43,782 bases of DNA from assembly GCA_035275625.1 (NCBI GenBank), contig DATEMK010000066.1:1-43782 (forward strand). Direction: 5' to 3'. Of this stretch, positions 9,402-19,405 are shown piece after piece. Origin of the DNA: Bacteroidia bacterium. Its GTDB lineage: Bacteria; Bacteroidota; Bacteroidia; AKYH767-A; OLB10. Within the stretch, counting starts at the first letter, position 1. Every line of letters starts with the position of its first letter. Position numbers and translations under genes: made by a program. Under the pieces are notes generated by a model, which had not been told where the DNA came from, did not search any database, and was given only the letters and a program-made list of their open reading frames with translations.

Positions 9402-9638
9402 ATGTCTTGCGGATTATTACTAATAAATAGCTATGAGCGTGTTACTATTCTTTATACTGTAGACAATTTCAGTATTTCAGAAGTTAGAACTTGTAGTTTG
9501 GAATATCGTGTTAGACTGTCAGGAAAAATTTATGATCGCAAATCCGCAGAAGAGCTTTTAAAAATACGTGGGTTAACAGATCATCAAAAGAAAATCATTA
9601 TAACGACTTTCAATCTTTCACTTCCATCGAAGCAATAA
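9402..9638 (+). CDS. Hypothetical small protein, second plus-strand ORF of the island
   Basis: 78-aa ORF in AT-rich DNA. Its 3' end overlaps the 3' end of the convergent 9610..9840 gene by 29 nt. Confidence 0.3.
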   Translation: MSCGLLLINSYERVTILYTVDNFSISEVRTCSLEYRVRLSGKIYDRKSAEELLKIRGLTDHQKKIIITTFNLSLPSKQ

Positions 9639-9840
9639 CCCTCCTCACTGTTTTTTCTGAAATCCTGCATACTCCGGAAGTGTTGTAAATAGCATCCGCC
9701 TTATTTCCTGTCGCTGTTAGTTCTGCCTGGTACTTTGTATAAATTTCTTTCCATGCAATATACTTGGTAGAAATAATACCGGCTTTGACGCAACGCATCA
9801 GCAAACCTTTTCCCTCGAGCTCAATAATCAGATCAATCAT
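9610..9840 (-). CDS. Small helix-turn-helix protein (putative regulator)
   Basis: 76 aa. The C-terminal segment ...SGVCRISEKTVRRVIASM looks like an HTH. The ATG overlaps the tape-measure stop (ATGA). Confidence 0.45.
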   Translation of the reverse strand: MIDLIIELEGKGLLMRCVKAGIISTKYIAWKEIYTKYQAELTATGNKADAIYNTSGVCRISEKTVRRVIASMEVKD

Positions 9841-12800
9841 AAATTCGCGTCACCTTCTACCAACACTTTTGATTCAAGACCTGCGTTGATGTCTTCGACA
9901 GTTACTATAGGTGCAGGCATGTTTCTAAATGCTGAAATTAAATCGGATAATAAAGATTGTGTGGCCACCTCACCGGTGTCACCAGCTCCCGGGAATACCG
10001 GAGGAGCAAAGGAGAAAAAATCTCCGCTCACAAATGGCGATGTCTTCACCTGGCTCAAAGAATTTTGCAAACCTGAAAACGAACTGAAATTGGCGGAAGA
10101 AAAGTTATTGCTTGTTTGAGTGATGGATCGTTGTAAGTTGCTTGTATCGGTAATACTCCCGGTTACAGAAGTTTGCTGGCCTGTGAGATTTGATAAAACT
10201 TCGTTCACTGTTTTTGTGGAGGTTAAAATTTCGTTGATGGATTTACTTTCCTCCTTTAACAGTGCCATGCGTTTTTCATTGATGGATTCTGTAAGGTCGT
10301 TTGTTCTCAGCAATGATTCTTCTTCGGTTTTATTTACTGCTGCCTTGCCAAATCTTTCCGACTCAACAGGAGCATTAACGGCTTGCTTGCCAAACCTCTC
10401 AGTACTAATTTTTATTTCCTCTGAAAATGCCTGCCGTTTTTCCTCGAGCATTTTTAAACTGGTGTCCTGATTTATTCTCAACACTTCTTCGGAAAAAGAT
10501 TTCAGCTCCTGTAAAGATTTTTGACGGGAAGATCCATCAGAAGAGTTAGTAACTTTAGTAACCTGGTTTAACAGCTCTGTTTTCTGATCCTGATTGAGGA
10601 ATGTGGTTTTCACCGCCTGTTCAAAATAATCTTTGGTCAGCGTGTTGAGTATAGTAGTTAAATCCTGTTGTTTCTTCGTGAATTCGCTGCTGTTCCGGTC
10701 TAAATTTTCCGTTTCGAGATTGAATTTTGTAACATTTAAAGCACGTTTAACCCTGTACTGTATAAGGGAATCATCATTTATAAACCCGCCATTTTCAAAC
10801 TTTGCAACAACTGTTTTTTGCGGGTGTGTTGTGGTCTCTCGTTTGGCAGAAAGAGGTGTTGGTTGTTGGTCAATTGTATTAGCCAACACGACATTTTTCC
10901 CTTCATTGTGTATAAGATCATTGATAATGTCTAACTTTTTCGATGTGGTTGTCTTGCTGACAATTCCTGTTGTGACTTCATCCACAAAAACAGCCGCTTC
11001 CCCACCTTCAATATTAACTATTGGTTTACCCTTTTTATCAACCACATCAATCCCACCCTCTGCATGTGACGGACCTTGGGCTATGAACCCTCCTTTTTCA
11101 GCTACTGGCGTTTCATTAATTTTTGCAACGTTCGCCAACCCTGCTGCAATGGCTGCTGCCGCTGCAATGGCTCCGAGAACTATTCCGTAAGGACCTCCCG
11201 CCTCCAAACCATCGAGGTATGCCTGTGTTGCTGACAAATAAGTGTTTATCAGCGCTTGGGCAGATGCAAGAACCTTGTAAGCGCCAGTATGCTTTTTAAA
11301 TAAAGCGGCAGCATCGCCTAAAGTGTTAGTGGTAATTTCAAGTTGTGCTCTTTCCTGTTCCTCTACGACAAGCGTCCGGGCTTTGTTGTATTTGGTAACA
11401 ATGAGTGTTTTGGTTTTTTCGGATGTTTCCTTAAGCTGCTCACTTTTTTCATTGATGGCTTGCTCGTCATCAACACGCTGCCTGTCTAATGAAATTAATG
11501 TGGTGGCTCTTTCCTCTGCATTTAAAAGTGCAAACTCCGTGGAGTTGATAATTCGCTCCCGCTCGTCTTCAACTTCTTTGTTGCTTTGCTCGACACGCTG
11601 CTGCCGGAAAATTTCTTCGTTCTGAATTTTTTCGTTTTCACTGGCAATTTCCGCTTCTTCTTCCAGATCGAGAATTTGAAGTTTTTTATTCAAGGCTTCT
11701 AACGGATCACCGCTTGCCTGTAACTCCAATTGCTTTAAATCGAGTAAATCCTTAATGCGTTGGTCGTTGGCTGCGCGGGTGGCTTCCTGTATTGCCTTGG
11801 ATGCTTTGTAAAATGCAGCAAGGTTTTCCGCATCATACGCTGCATTGATGGCCAGCTCCTTTTTGCGACTCTCCTCAATTATTTCATTCCGTTCTTTCTC
11901 CTGATCCTCGAGTGATTTTAATTTAAAATCATCAGAATTTTCTATTGCCTGTAGTTCCCTGTTTAAAAATAATTCGTTGACTGAAAGATCATTTTCCCTT
12001 GCAGTTTCACGTACTTGCGATTCCTGCTGCAGGTTGTTAGTGATTTCGGAAAGACGAAGTTTAAATTGCTCCTCGAGATCATCACTGGTAACTGACTTAC
12101 GGATTTCCAATAGTGCATCCTGCTTTCTTTTTTCCAAATCAATTTCCTCCTGGTGCACTTTGTTGATCACCTCAATTCTTTTTTCTTCCAACCCTGAAAT
12201 TTTCTGCTGTGATTCCTGAATGATCAGCTGACGTTGATTTTCTGTGAGCCTTTCATCAGTCAATTTAAAATCACGGATACTTTCTTCCGCTTTTATTTCC
12301 GCATCAATCCGTTTCTGCGTTCCTTCCAGAGTTGAGTTTATTTCCAACTGATTACGCTCCTCAATATCCTGTTTTGAAAACTTCCGGTTGATCTCAGCGA
12401 TTTTTTCATTCGTTTGCTGTGCTAACAATGTCCGGAATGACTGTGTATCGCTCGCAGTACCTTTGATTGCCTCCAATTGATCAGTAAGCGCATTCCTTTC
12501 CTCCTCAATTTCCTTTGTATGTTGGTCCTTTATAAGTGACAACCGGAGAGTAGTTTCCTCCTGCAGTGCCTTCCGCTTGTTTTCCACATGCGATTCATCC
12601 AGCAATTCAAGGTCGGTATTCAGTTTTTTATTCTCATTGACGATGCGGGAATTGGCTTCTTTGATAGAACTTACCTCCTCGGTTATACTTTTCAATGATT
12701 CTTCCGCCTTTTTGCGCTCTTCTTCTTCCAGATCACCAATCATTTTGTGACGTATTTGCTGTTGCTGCTGAAAGAGATCTTCCAAATGCTGTTTGTTCTC

Positions 12801-14357
12801 GACAAGCTCCTGTCTATTTCCATCCTTCCGGGCATTCACTAAACTTTTTTGTAATTCAAAAATGCTTTCTTCTGATTCCTTCCGCTCCTGCGCAAGTGAA
12901 ACAGCATTTTCCAATGATGTTACCTCCGCTTCATTACGTTCTTTAATGAGTGAGAGCATGTCCTTATGCACCTGGTTATTTGATTCAAAAGATTTTGTAA
13001 GTGATTCCACGCTCTGTTCAGCCGCTCCGAATGCATCAGACGCGAAGATGGCCACTAATGCACCGGCAGCAATTAAAACAAGTCCTAACGGACCAAGCAT
13101 TGCTTTGATAGCGGTTCCTAAAGTAGTGGCACCTACGGCAGCCGTTCCTTCTGCTGCTGCAAATCCTGTAGTGGCAGCAGTACCCGCAACAGTTGCAACA
13201 GTTCCTTCCGCCTGTGCCACGTTTTGAGCCTGCTGTGCCACTGTAGTAAGTCCGAGAATGGCTTTTATGTTCTTGAATGCATCACCTAACTCCGCCAGTT
13301 GATTCAATCCGGATGCAAAAGCCATTGCAGCCTGTACTTTCAGCAATGCCTCCTGTGTTGCTTCGCTGGTATTGCCAAACAGCGCCATGCCTCCCTGTAA
13401 TGCGGAAATTCCACCTGCTAAAGCTCCGGCAGCCTGTGTAAATGCTTTGAACTTTGCATCAGGGTTTAATGCCTCAACCCTCTTGTTGAAATCACCCAAC
13501 TGATCTGTAAGCCCGGCAACTTTCTTCTGCGCTTCCAATGCCTGTTCAGAATCAAAACCGAATTCCTGTGCTATTTTCGTGGCCTCCTCCTTCGCTTCAA
13601 GAAGTTGTTGCTTCAAACTTTTGAATGCATTCGCAACGACCTCCGTATTCTGAGAAACATTGCTCATTTCATTATGGATCTTGTTGAGCTGTTCAGTGGT
13701 CAGCGTTAATTGTTCTGTCAACTGAATATTTTGCTGTTCGAATTCTTTCTGAGTAACGCCACCCTCCTGAAATTTTGAATTCAACTCAGCGATATTTTGC
13801 TGAATAGATTTTAGTTGTAACGTTACGGCAGGCAGCTGATCAAACGCTTTGCGAAATGATACTTCATAGTTACCCACATTAGTACGACCGTCACGGATTC
13901 CCTGATCAAATGCGATAATTGCGTCCTTTGCTTTTGCCACCTGATCAGAGGATTTTTTATAAGCCTCGGTTAAAATATAATTTCCCTGTGCATCCTGTTC
14001 CAGCAATTCCTTCTGATTCTTCAATTCAATAGATGCAAGCTGGAAGTTTCTCAGCAATTGTTCATAGCTTCCGTCAGCGGCTTTGTTTGCCTGCGTTTGC
14101 AGGGTAATGACATTGGTCAGGTTTTTTGTTTCGGTATTCAGCTCTTTAACCCGGAGTTCATTGTTGACAATTTTCTCAGTCAATTCCTGGTATGTTGCAA
14201 TAGCTCCTGATTTTAATGCTGCAGCAGCTTCCGTTGCAAAATCTTTATTCTCCTGTTTCAGTTTTGCAATTTCGGTTTTTGATTCAACGAGTTTTTGTTT
14301 CAGTTCGTCAACATCAATTTTAACCTTTAGTAAAATACTTTCTTCGCGCTCTGCCAT
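9837..14357 (-). CDS. Tail tape measure protein
   Basis: 1506 aa of long coiled coils, with Gly/Ala-rich hydrophobic blocks (AAGALAGGISALQGGMALFG..., GIVLGAIAAAAAIAAGLANVA) and a GPSHAEGGI motif typical of tape measure proteins. Confidence 0.85.
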   Translation of the reverse strand: MAEREESILLKVKIDVDELKQKLVESKTEIAKLKQENKDFATEAAAALKSGAIATYQELTEKIVNNELRVKELNTETKNLTNVITLQTQANKAADGSYEQLLRNFQLASIELKNQKELLEQDAQGNYILTEAYKKSSDQVAKAKDAIIAFDQGIRDGRTNVGNYEVSFRKAFDQLPAVTLQLKSIQQNIAELNSKFQEGGVTQKEFEQQNIQLTEQLTLTTEQLNKIHNEMSNVSQNTEVVANAFKSLKQQLLEAKEEATKIAQEFGFDSEQALEAQKKVAGLTDQLGDFNKRVEALNPDAKFKAFTQAAGALAGGISALQGGMALFGNTSEATQEALLKVQAAMAFASGLNQLAELGDAFKNIKAILGLTTVAQQAQNVAQAEGTVATVAGTAATTGFAAAEGTAAVGATTLGTAIKAMLGPLGLVLIAAGALVAIFASDAFGAAEQSVESLTKSFESNNQVHKDMLSLIKERNEAEVTSLENAVSLAQERKESEESIFELQKSLVNARKDGNRQELVENKQHLEDLFQQQQQIRHKMIGDLEEEERKKAEESLKSITEEVSSIKEANSRIVNENKKLNTDLELLDESHVENKRKALQEETTLRLSLIKDQHTKEIEEERNALTDQLEAIKGTASDTQSFRTLLAQQTNEKIAEINRKFSKQDIEERNQLEINSTLEGTQKRIDAEIKAEESIRDFKLTDERLTENQRQLIIQESQQKISGLEEKRIEVINKVHQEEIDLEKRKQDALLEIRKSVTSDDLEEQFKLRLSEITNNLQQESQVRETARENDLSVNELFLNRELQAIENSDDFKLKSLEDQEKERNEIIEESRKKELAINAAYDAENLAAFYKASKAIQEATRAANDQRIKDLLDLKQLELQASGDPLEALNKKLQILDLEEEAEIASENEKIQNEEIFRQQRVEQSNKEVEDERERIINSTEFALLNAEERATTLISLDRQRVDDEQAINEKSEQLKETSEKTKTLIVTKYNKARTLVVEEQERAQLEITTNTLGDAAALFKKHTGAYKVLASAQALINTYLSATQAYLDGLEAGGPYGIVLGAIAAAAAIAAGLANVAKINETPVAEKGGFIAQGPSHAEGGIDVVDKKGKPIVNIEGGEAAVFVDEVTTGIVSKTTTSKKLDIINDLIHNEGKNVVLANTIDQQPTPLSAKRETTTHPQKTVVAKFENGGFINDDSLIQYRVKRALNVTKFNLETENLDRNSSEFTKKQQDLTTILNTLTKDYFEQAVKTTFLNQDQKTELLNQVTKVTNSSDGSSRQKSLQELKSFSEEVLRINQDTSLKMLEEKRQAFSEEIKISTERFGKQAVNAPVESERFGKAAVNKTEEESLLRTNDLTESINEKRMALLKEESKSINEILTSTKTVNEVLSNLTGQQTSVTGSITDTSNLQRSITQTSNNFSSANFSSFSGLQNSLSQVKTSPFVSGDFFSFAPPVFPGAGDTGEVATQSLLSDLISAFRNMPAPIVTVEDINAGLESKVLVEGDANL

Positions 14358-14368
14358 GTGGTTTTGTT

Positions 14369-16297
14369 TTATAGAATCCGGATTAATTCTGTTAACGGAG
14401 GAACATCCGGAAGCCAGTTGGTTATTTTATTTAAGTAAAAAAATGCCTGGTATTTTTTCAGGTAATACGGAATGTCGAATTGCAATTCAGAAAGGTCAGC
14501 AGGATCCCAGCGAATTGTCGAATTGACTTTTTTATATTTAGTGAGAATCGCTATGAGTTCCTGATAATGCTGTTCAACAAGCGATTTAAAACTTAGATCA
14601 TACGGTTCATTTGGATTGACAAAGTATGTTGCTGGCAGATCGGTGAATACTGAAGTGTCACCCGATAGAAACGATTGGTATATAACCTCCTTTGATGGTG
14701 TGGGAATCATCTTCAGTTTTACTACATGTGGCGAACCGTCCAAATACAAACCGGTGTAAGGCTGCTGAAAATTATTATAGAAGTACCCGGTGTTGATTTC
14801 CTGAAAGATGGAAGTGAACATTGTTTTCTCCTCCGCGAGTGATTCATCGGCAATCAAAAAGTTTCCAGAGCTGTCACCCACAAACTTATCGTTCTTTCCG
14901 TACAGCAGTAAATTCTTCTGAGCGTAAGTGGTCGGGTGAAATTCTTTTTTGTCCTTGGAAATATTGATGTGCTTTGCAGATAAATCTTTTGCGTTGGGAA
15001 CATTGGCGAAGACATCCCTGAAGTGAAACATCTTTACCGTTTTAGTAAGTTCATCCGTTTGCGGGATCAAGCAATAGCGCTGCATGAAATCCTTAACAAG
15101 ATCCCACTGGGAAATTTCCGGCATGTTTAACGAAATATCGAATATTCCACCCTCTGCAACCGTTCCGCCATCCGGAACAATGTTCGTGCATTTGAATGTG
15201 CCACCTGCTTTTATGTTGATGAAATCCGATTGCGCGGAATTTCCTCCCAGCCTGGTAATGATATTGATATTATCGCCTGCATTAAAGTGTGCAGTATGGG
15301 TAAAAACATTCGTTGTGGTTGCAATACCGGTTTGAGTAACTGCCTGAGTGGCCACATTGCCAAACGTGTCAAAGAGAATTATATCTATCGTACGTGCAAA
15401 TGATGTGGTACTCTCAATGATTTGTGTCGTTTGAAAGGTATAGGTACCCGAAAATGGAATGGTATAACGTCCTATTCCTATCCATGCAGGATCATAATTG
15501 TTCCCGGTGTCGAATGCATTAGGCGCTCCTGATGAATCATCAGTATGTGCAATCAATTCCTGCTGGCCAGTACTGCCAATGTTCCTTACTATTAACTGAT
15601 CAGAGGTTTTAAGCGCGGAAAAAAAGCCTGTGCCTCCTGAAATTTTCAATTCTTTATTATTCATTGGCAATAACTCTGCGCGGAACTCCGGATTATTCAA
15701 CACATTTTGCGGAATGATCAGGTTCCATCCGTTCTGATCAAATATTTCAAGGATTAGACGGTAAATAAAAAAGCTGGGACGGGCCCGGCTTGTCAGGAAA
15801 TACCAGAAGGTTGGAATTTCAAAAAAGGAAAGAAGTGTATCATCAACAAAATTGATCAGCGCATATATATAACCGTCCGTGTTAGTCCGGGAATTGATGG
15901 CAGTGGCTTTATCCCACGTGTGATTCCATTGCGACAAATCAAGGTTGGTTAGAAACTTGTCTTTCAGATCTTCTTTCAATGTTGCATTGCCGGCATATAC
16001 ACGGATGTTATAATTATCGTCCTGATCATCCAGTATTGCAAAACCGTTTGGGATAACATCTATACCTCCATGATTGATGCGCGCTGTATTGCGTTTGTAT
16101 GGAATGTCTGTCAGTGATGTCAGCTGATCAGAATTTTCAAGCGTGGCGTTGTTCACATTCGTCTTTGGAACTTTGAACTTATTAGTCAATGTTCCCTGGC
16201 GGTCTTGTAACTCCGCAATGTTATTCGCCTGATAGGTGAGAGCTATTTTGGTTTTGGGACCGAGCTCAACCTGTTTATCGTTAATAAAAAAATCCAT
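14369..16297 (-). CDS. Tail tip or baseplate protein
   Basis: 642 aa. The N-terminus FINDKQVELGPKTKIALTYQANNIAELQDRQGTLTNKFKVPKTNVNN resembles conserved phage tail-protein N-termini. Confidence 0.55.
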   Translation of the reverse strand: MDFFINDKQVELGPKTKIALTYQANNIAELQDRQGTLTNKFKVPKTNVNNATLENSDQLTSLTDIPYKRNTARINHGGIDVIPNGFAILDDQDDNYNIRVYAGNATLKEDLKDKFLTNLDLSQWNHTWDKATAINSRTNTDGYIYALINFVDDTLLSFFEIPTFWYFLTSRARPSFFIYRLILEIFDQNGWNLIIPQNVLNNPEFRAELLPMNNKELKISGGTGFFSALKTSDQLIVRNIGSTGQQELIAHTDDSSGAPNAFDTGNNYDPAWIGIGRYTIPFSGTYTFQTTQIIESTTSFARTIDIILFDTFGNVATQAVTQTGIATTTNVFTHTAHFNAGDNINIITRLGGNSAQSDFINIKAGGTFKCTNIVPDGGTVAEGGIFDISLNMPEISQWDLVKDFMQRYCLIPQTDELTKTVKMFHFRDVFANVPNAKDLSAKHINISKDKKEFHPTTYAQKNLLLYGKNDKFVGDSSGNFLIADESLAEEKTMFTSIFQEINTGYFYNNFQQPYTGLYLDGSPHVVKLKMIPTPSKEVIYQSFLSGDTSVFTDLPATYFVNPNEPYDLSFKSLVEQHYQELIAILTKYKKVNSTIRWDPADLSELQFDIPYYLKKYQAFFYLNKITNWLPDVPPLTELIRIL

Positions 16298-16298
16298 G

Positions 16299-17876
16299 TT
16301 ACTGTGTGAGGGTTAAGCGTTCCGGAAGCTCCAATGTATATTCAATGTCACCCCGTTTGATCCGTGTATCGAATGGCGCTTTCTTCCCGGGAGTGATGAT
16401 ACAGCCCTGCCAGATGGGTACGTTTGCGGGAGTGAAACCTACAAGGAATTGCACTTCCGGAGAATCCAACATCTTCCAAAGCCCGCGGATGTCATTTTCA
16501 TCCAGACCTGTTGCACCAATAATAACTTTATTCTGCCGTGACTTCTGCAGCAGCTTAGTAATGGATTCCGTTGTTTCCAGATCACCCATGTTCGGCTGGT
16601 AGGTACCCAGTATTTTATCTTCCGGAGATTCAAATTGCCGGTAATAAAACAGGTAATAGCTCCACGCTCCCTCAGATCCCTTCCACGCGATGTAAACGGG
16701 TTGATCATAACAGACTTCTTTAACACGGATCATCCTGCGTTCAGTGCAAATGAATGGTGTGCCGAATGGAGGAACAGGCGGGAAGATTTCTGTATATACA
16801 TCTGTGACGTATTGCTGATTAACGTAACGCTGTGTAACATATCCATTGAGTACAAGCGCAACTTCCACCTTTGACACTCCTGCACCGTACCCTTGTGTTA
16901 ATCTCAACCGGTATTCTCCCGGGCGTGAAAAATAAGTGGGTACCACTGTGGTATCATTGACACCTGTGTTGACTCCGTTCTGATTGTATGGCCACTCGCG
17001 TTTTACCATCTGATGTTGGTAAATCTGATCGGAAATAATTACTCCGATATCGAATGGAAAACCTGCTCCGAAGTAAGTCGGCTCTGCAAAATCTGAAATG
17101 AATTTCGCTTTCACATCTGCATCAAACGCCACAGGAACAAACTCTCCCAGGTTCGCTCCATACTTGTCACTAATTTGCCGGACAGAATTTGTTGCAAAGA
17201 ATTTTTGTTGTGTGCCGGTGATGACATCTTCTAATGGTGCATCGAGTGAGCCGGTAGTTTTATACACTTCCCTGTAAAATATCCAGAACTTTACAAAGGA
17301 TTCGTATTCATAACAAAGAAAGTTAGTTGATTGATAATTGTTCCGGTTCTTAATGGCCATCCGTTTTTTTAACCAGGCAGAAACATCAGCAATGGCAATC
17401 CCTTTACTGTCCGGAGAAACACGCATCTTACCAATATCCGTTACCAGCGCTGAGTTCGGATAATTCTCATTTGCCATGATAGTAACTTCGATATAGTATT
17501 GAGGCTTTAGTTGATACCAGTTCACATATCCTGAAAACGTATTACCGAGGAACGGAGTTTGAAGCCTGAGCAATGTATTGGGCGCCATGATGGTGTGTGA
17601 CACTAATGCGTAAGCGCCATCGTATGGGCCAGAGCCAACATAAAATAAATCCCCCGCGGTCGGAGGTGTCAGGGTAAGATCAGCGTTTATAATTACATTA
17701 ATGATCCCGCCACCGCCATCCGTGACGGTTACTATTTCAAAATCCCTACGCTGAAATTCGTATTCGACCGGATGTGAAACGGCATTCCATTTAAAATCAA
17801 CAGGTGTCGGAGTTGGTCCGGCTAAGTCAGTTAGTACAACCGTTTTGAACGGGCGTTTTGTGATGATTGCTCCCAT
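16299..17876 (-). CDS. Tail or baseplate structural protein
   Basis: 525-aa ORF, tightly coupled between tail-module genes. Confidence 0.5.
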   Translation of the reverse strand: MGAIITKRPFKTVVLTDLAGPTPTPVDFKWNAVSHPVEYEFQRRDFEIVTVTDGGGGIINVIINADLTLTPPTAGDLFYVGSGPYDGAYALVSHTIMAPNTLLRLQTPFLGNTFSGYVNWYQLKPQYYIEVTIMANENYPNSALVTDIGKMRVSPDSKGIAIADVSAWLKKRMAIKNRNNYQSTNFLCYEYESFVKFWIFYREVYKTTGSLDAPLEDVITGTQQKFFATNSVRQISDKYGANLGEFVPVAFDADVKAKFISDFAEPTYFGAGFPFDIGVIISDQIYQHQMVKREWPYNQNGVNTGVNDTTVVPTYFSRPGEYRLRLTQGYGAGVSKVEVALVLNGYVTQRYVNQQYVTDVYTEIFPPVPPFGTPFICTERRMIRVKEVCYDQPVYIAWKGSEGAWSYYLFYYRQFESPEDKILGTYQPNMGDLETTESITKLLQKSRQNKVIIGATGLDENDIRGLWKMLDSPEVQFLVGFTPANVPIWQGCIITPGKKAPFDTRIKRGDIEYTLELPERLTLTQ

Positions 17877-18259
17877 TAGTTTTTAGTTGCTGCAGGTGGC
17901 GGTAAAACTTCTTCTTTCTTCGGTGGAGGTGGCGGAGGATTCACATACCCGGGTAAATTATTTGGAGAAGGTGATGGAGCTTTTTGGAACTGCATTTTAA
18001 TTTGCGTGATGGTATAGTTCATTCCGAACTTTACCAGCTCCCAATCGTGTTCGTAACACAACCGCTTTTGACCAATGCAGTATTCAACTGCCAGCTTTTT
18101 TATCACATCATCGGGAGGACGTTTCAGCCGTATGATGTCAGCAGGTGAATCCTTTCTCCTGAATCGTATAATCCATTCGACAATTTGAAGTAAAAAAAAT
18201 CCTGCACTTAAAAAAACAACGATGGCTGCAAACCATCCGTGAATTGTAATTTGAAACAT
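17876..18259 (-). CDS. Membrane-anchored proline-rich protein
   Basis: 127 aa. N-terminal transmembrane helix (FAAIVVFLSAGFFLLQIVEWII) and C-terminal PSPSPNNLPGYVNPPPPPPKK. Confidence 0.5.
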   Translation of the reverse strand: MFQITIHGWFAAIVVFLSAGFFLLQIVEWIIRFRRKDSPADIIRLKRPPDDVIKKLAVEYCIGQKRLCYEHDWELVKFGMNYTITQIKMQFQKAPSPSPNNLPGYVNPPPPPPKKEEVLPPPAATKN

Positions 18260-18262
18260 AGT

Positions 18263-18784
18263 TTAGTCTTTAAAGGAATTAATGATGTCTGATTTCATAT
18301 ATAAAACTTGCGAGTTGGAGTAAGCCATGATAAACGACTCGACACGTTCATCAGTAATTACATTAGAAAAAATTAATTGTGGCGCCTTGCCTGAATGCAC
18401 ATCACGGAATAATTTATTCCCATCCCTGTGCATCTTCGCAGCAATCATGTACGCCATTTGATCTTTACCAATTGTTTTAATCACCACTTTATTTTGAAGC
18501 TGCACAGATTTAGTAAACACAATTCCTTTTTTATTGATCCATGCCAGGATTGCCTCTCTTAGTGTTGGAGTTCCTTTGGCTGCATCTGGTCGGGTTGGAC
18601 CTCTTCCACCCTCTAATGTTTTAATCCATTTCCAGCCATATATAGTTCCTTCGGTATCGCTTTTGACATCCGCACGTACGTTCTGATCAGAATAACCATA
18701 GCCCCGCAGATTGCCCTTGATTTCATCAGCGAGCTTGTTAATGAATTGATCAACTATTTTGTCGGCAGCCTGATTTAGAGACAT
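18263..18784 (-). CDS. Hypothetical virion morphogenesis protein (neck or tail completion?)
   Basis: 173-aa ORF in the structural operon. Confidence 0.5.
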   Translation of the reverse strand: MSLNQAADKIVDQFINKLADEIKGNLRGYGYSDQNVRADVKSDTEGTIYGWKWIKTLEGGRGPTRPDAAKGTPTLREAILAWINKKGIVFTKSVQLQNKVVIKTIGKDQMAYMIAAKMHRDGNKLFRDVHSGKAPQLIFSNVITDERVESFIMAYSNSQVLYMKSDIINSFKD

Positions 18785-19215
18785 AATGTTTCGTCATTCT
18801 GAGGTGTAATACTTCCGGTGAACACAATTCCGCTCATGCCAACATCGAACAGATTTATAAAGTTCGTTCGCTTCACATTCTTTATCGTCTTTACCTTTTT
18901 GTTGTTGGTTGCAGAAATAATAAACTTCCTACTCAACTGACGCATGGGAGTGATGCATTCCGTATTATGTTTTTCCTGTGGCCAGTCAAGTTCTGATTTC
19001 ATTGCAAACAATAGCATGATGTCATAAGTTGGCTCTATCAAACCACTCAGTTTAATATCATCAGAAGAAACGACAGGTTCGATCTGCAGTACTGCCGGAA
19101 AATTCCTTTGGTCATGCATTAGATTGTGCTCTGACCTTACACCTGTATAAAATGAAACCGGGTATGTCCAATTAGCCCCAGTGAGAATTTCCTGTAAGAG
19201 ATCTTCGATTGTCAT
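18775..19215 (-). CDS. Hypothetical virion morphogenesis protein
   Basis: 146-aa ORF in the structural operon. Confidence 0.5.
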   Translation of the reverse strand: MTIEDLLQEILTGANWTYPVSFYTGVRSEHNLMHDQRNFPAVLQIEPVVSSDDIKLSGLIEPTYDIMLLFAMKSELDWPQEKHNTECITPMRQLSRKFIISATNNKKVKTIKNVKRTNFINLFDVGMSGIVFTGSITPQNDETLCL

Positions 19216-19382
19216 TTTTGATTCCGTTTTTGATTTTCTTTTATAACATCTGCGTACCTGATCCTGAACCGCCTTTCCTCCTGCAACATCTGTGAAACAA
19301 CAAATGCTGTATTGTAATCCATCAACAACACATCGTCCAACGTTATCTTCAAGTCCTTTGCAATCGCCCGGAGCATGTTCAT
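19212..19382 (-). CDS. Small hypothetical protein (56 aa), absent from the ORF track
   Basis: ATG at 19382. Its TGA overlaps the ATG of the 18775..19215 gene (ATGA). It fills an otherwise empty 190-nt gap. Confidence 0.4.
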   Translation of the reverse strand: MNMLRAIAKDLKITLDDVLLMDYNTAFVVSQMLQEERRFRIRYADVIKENQKRNQK

Positions 19383-19405
19383 TATTCCGAACCGCTCAAA
19401 GTTTT

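Noticed and set aside
9886-14526. Many plus-strand ORFs (77-185 aa) inside the tape measure gene
   Set aside because: They are antisense shadows of a strongly supported 1506-aa coiled-coil ORF. Their translations are low-complexity and Ser/Phe/Leu/Cys-rich with no motifs.
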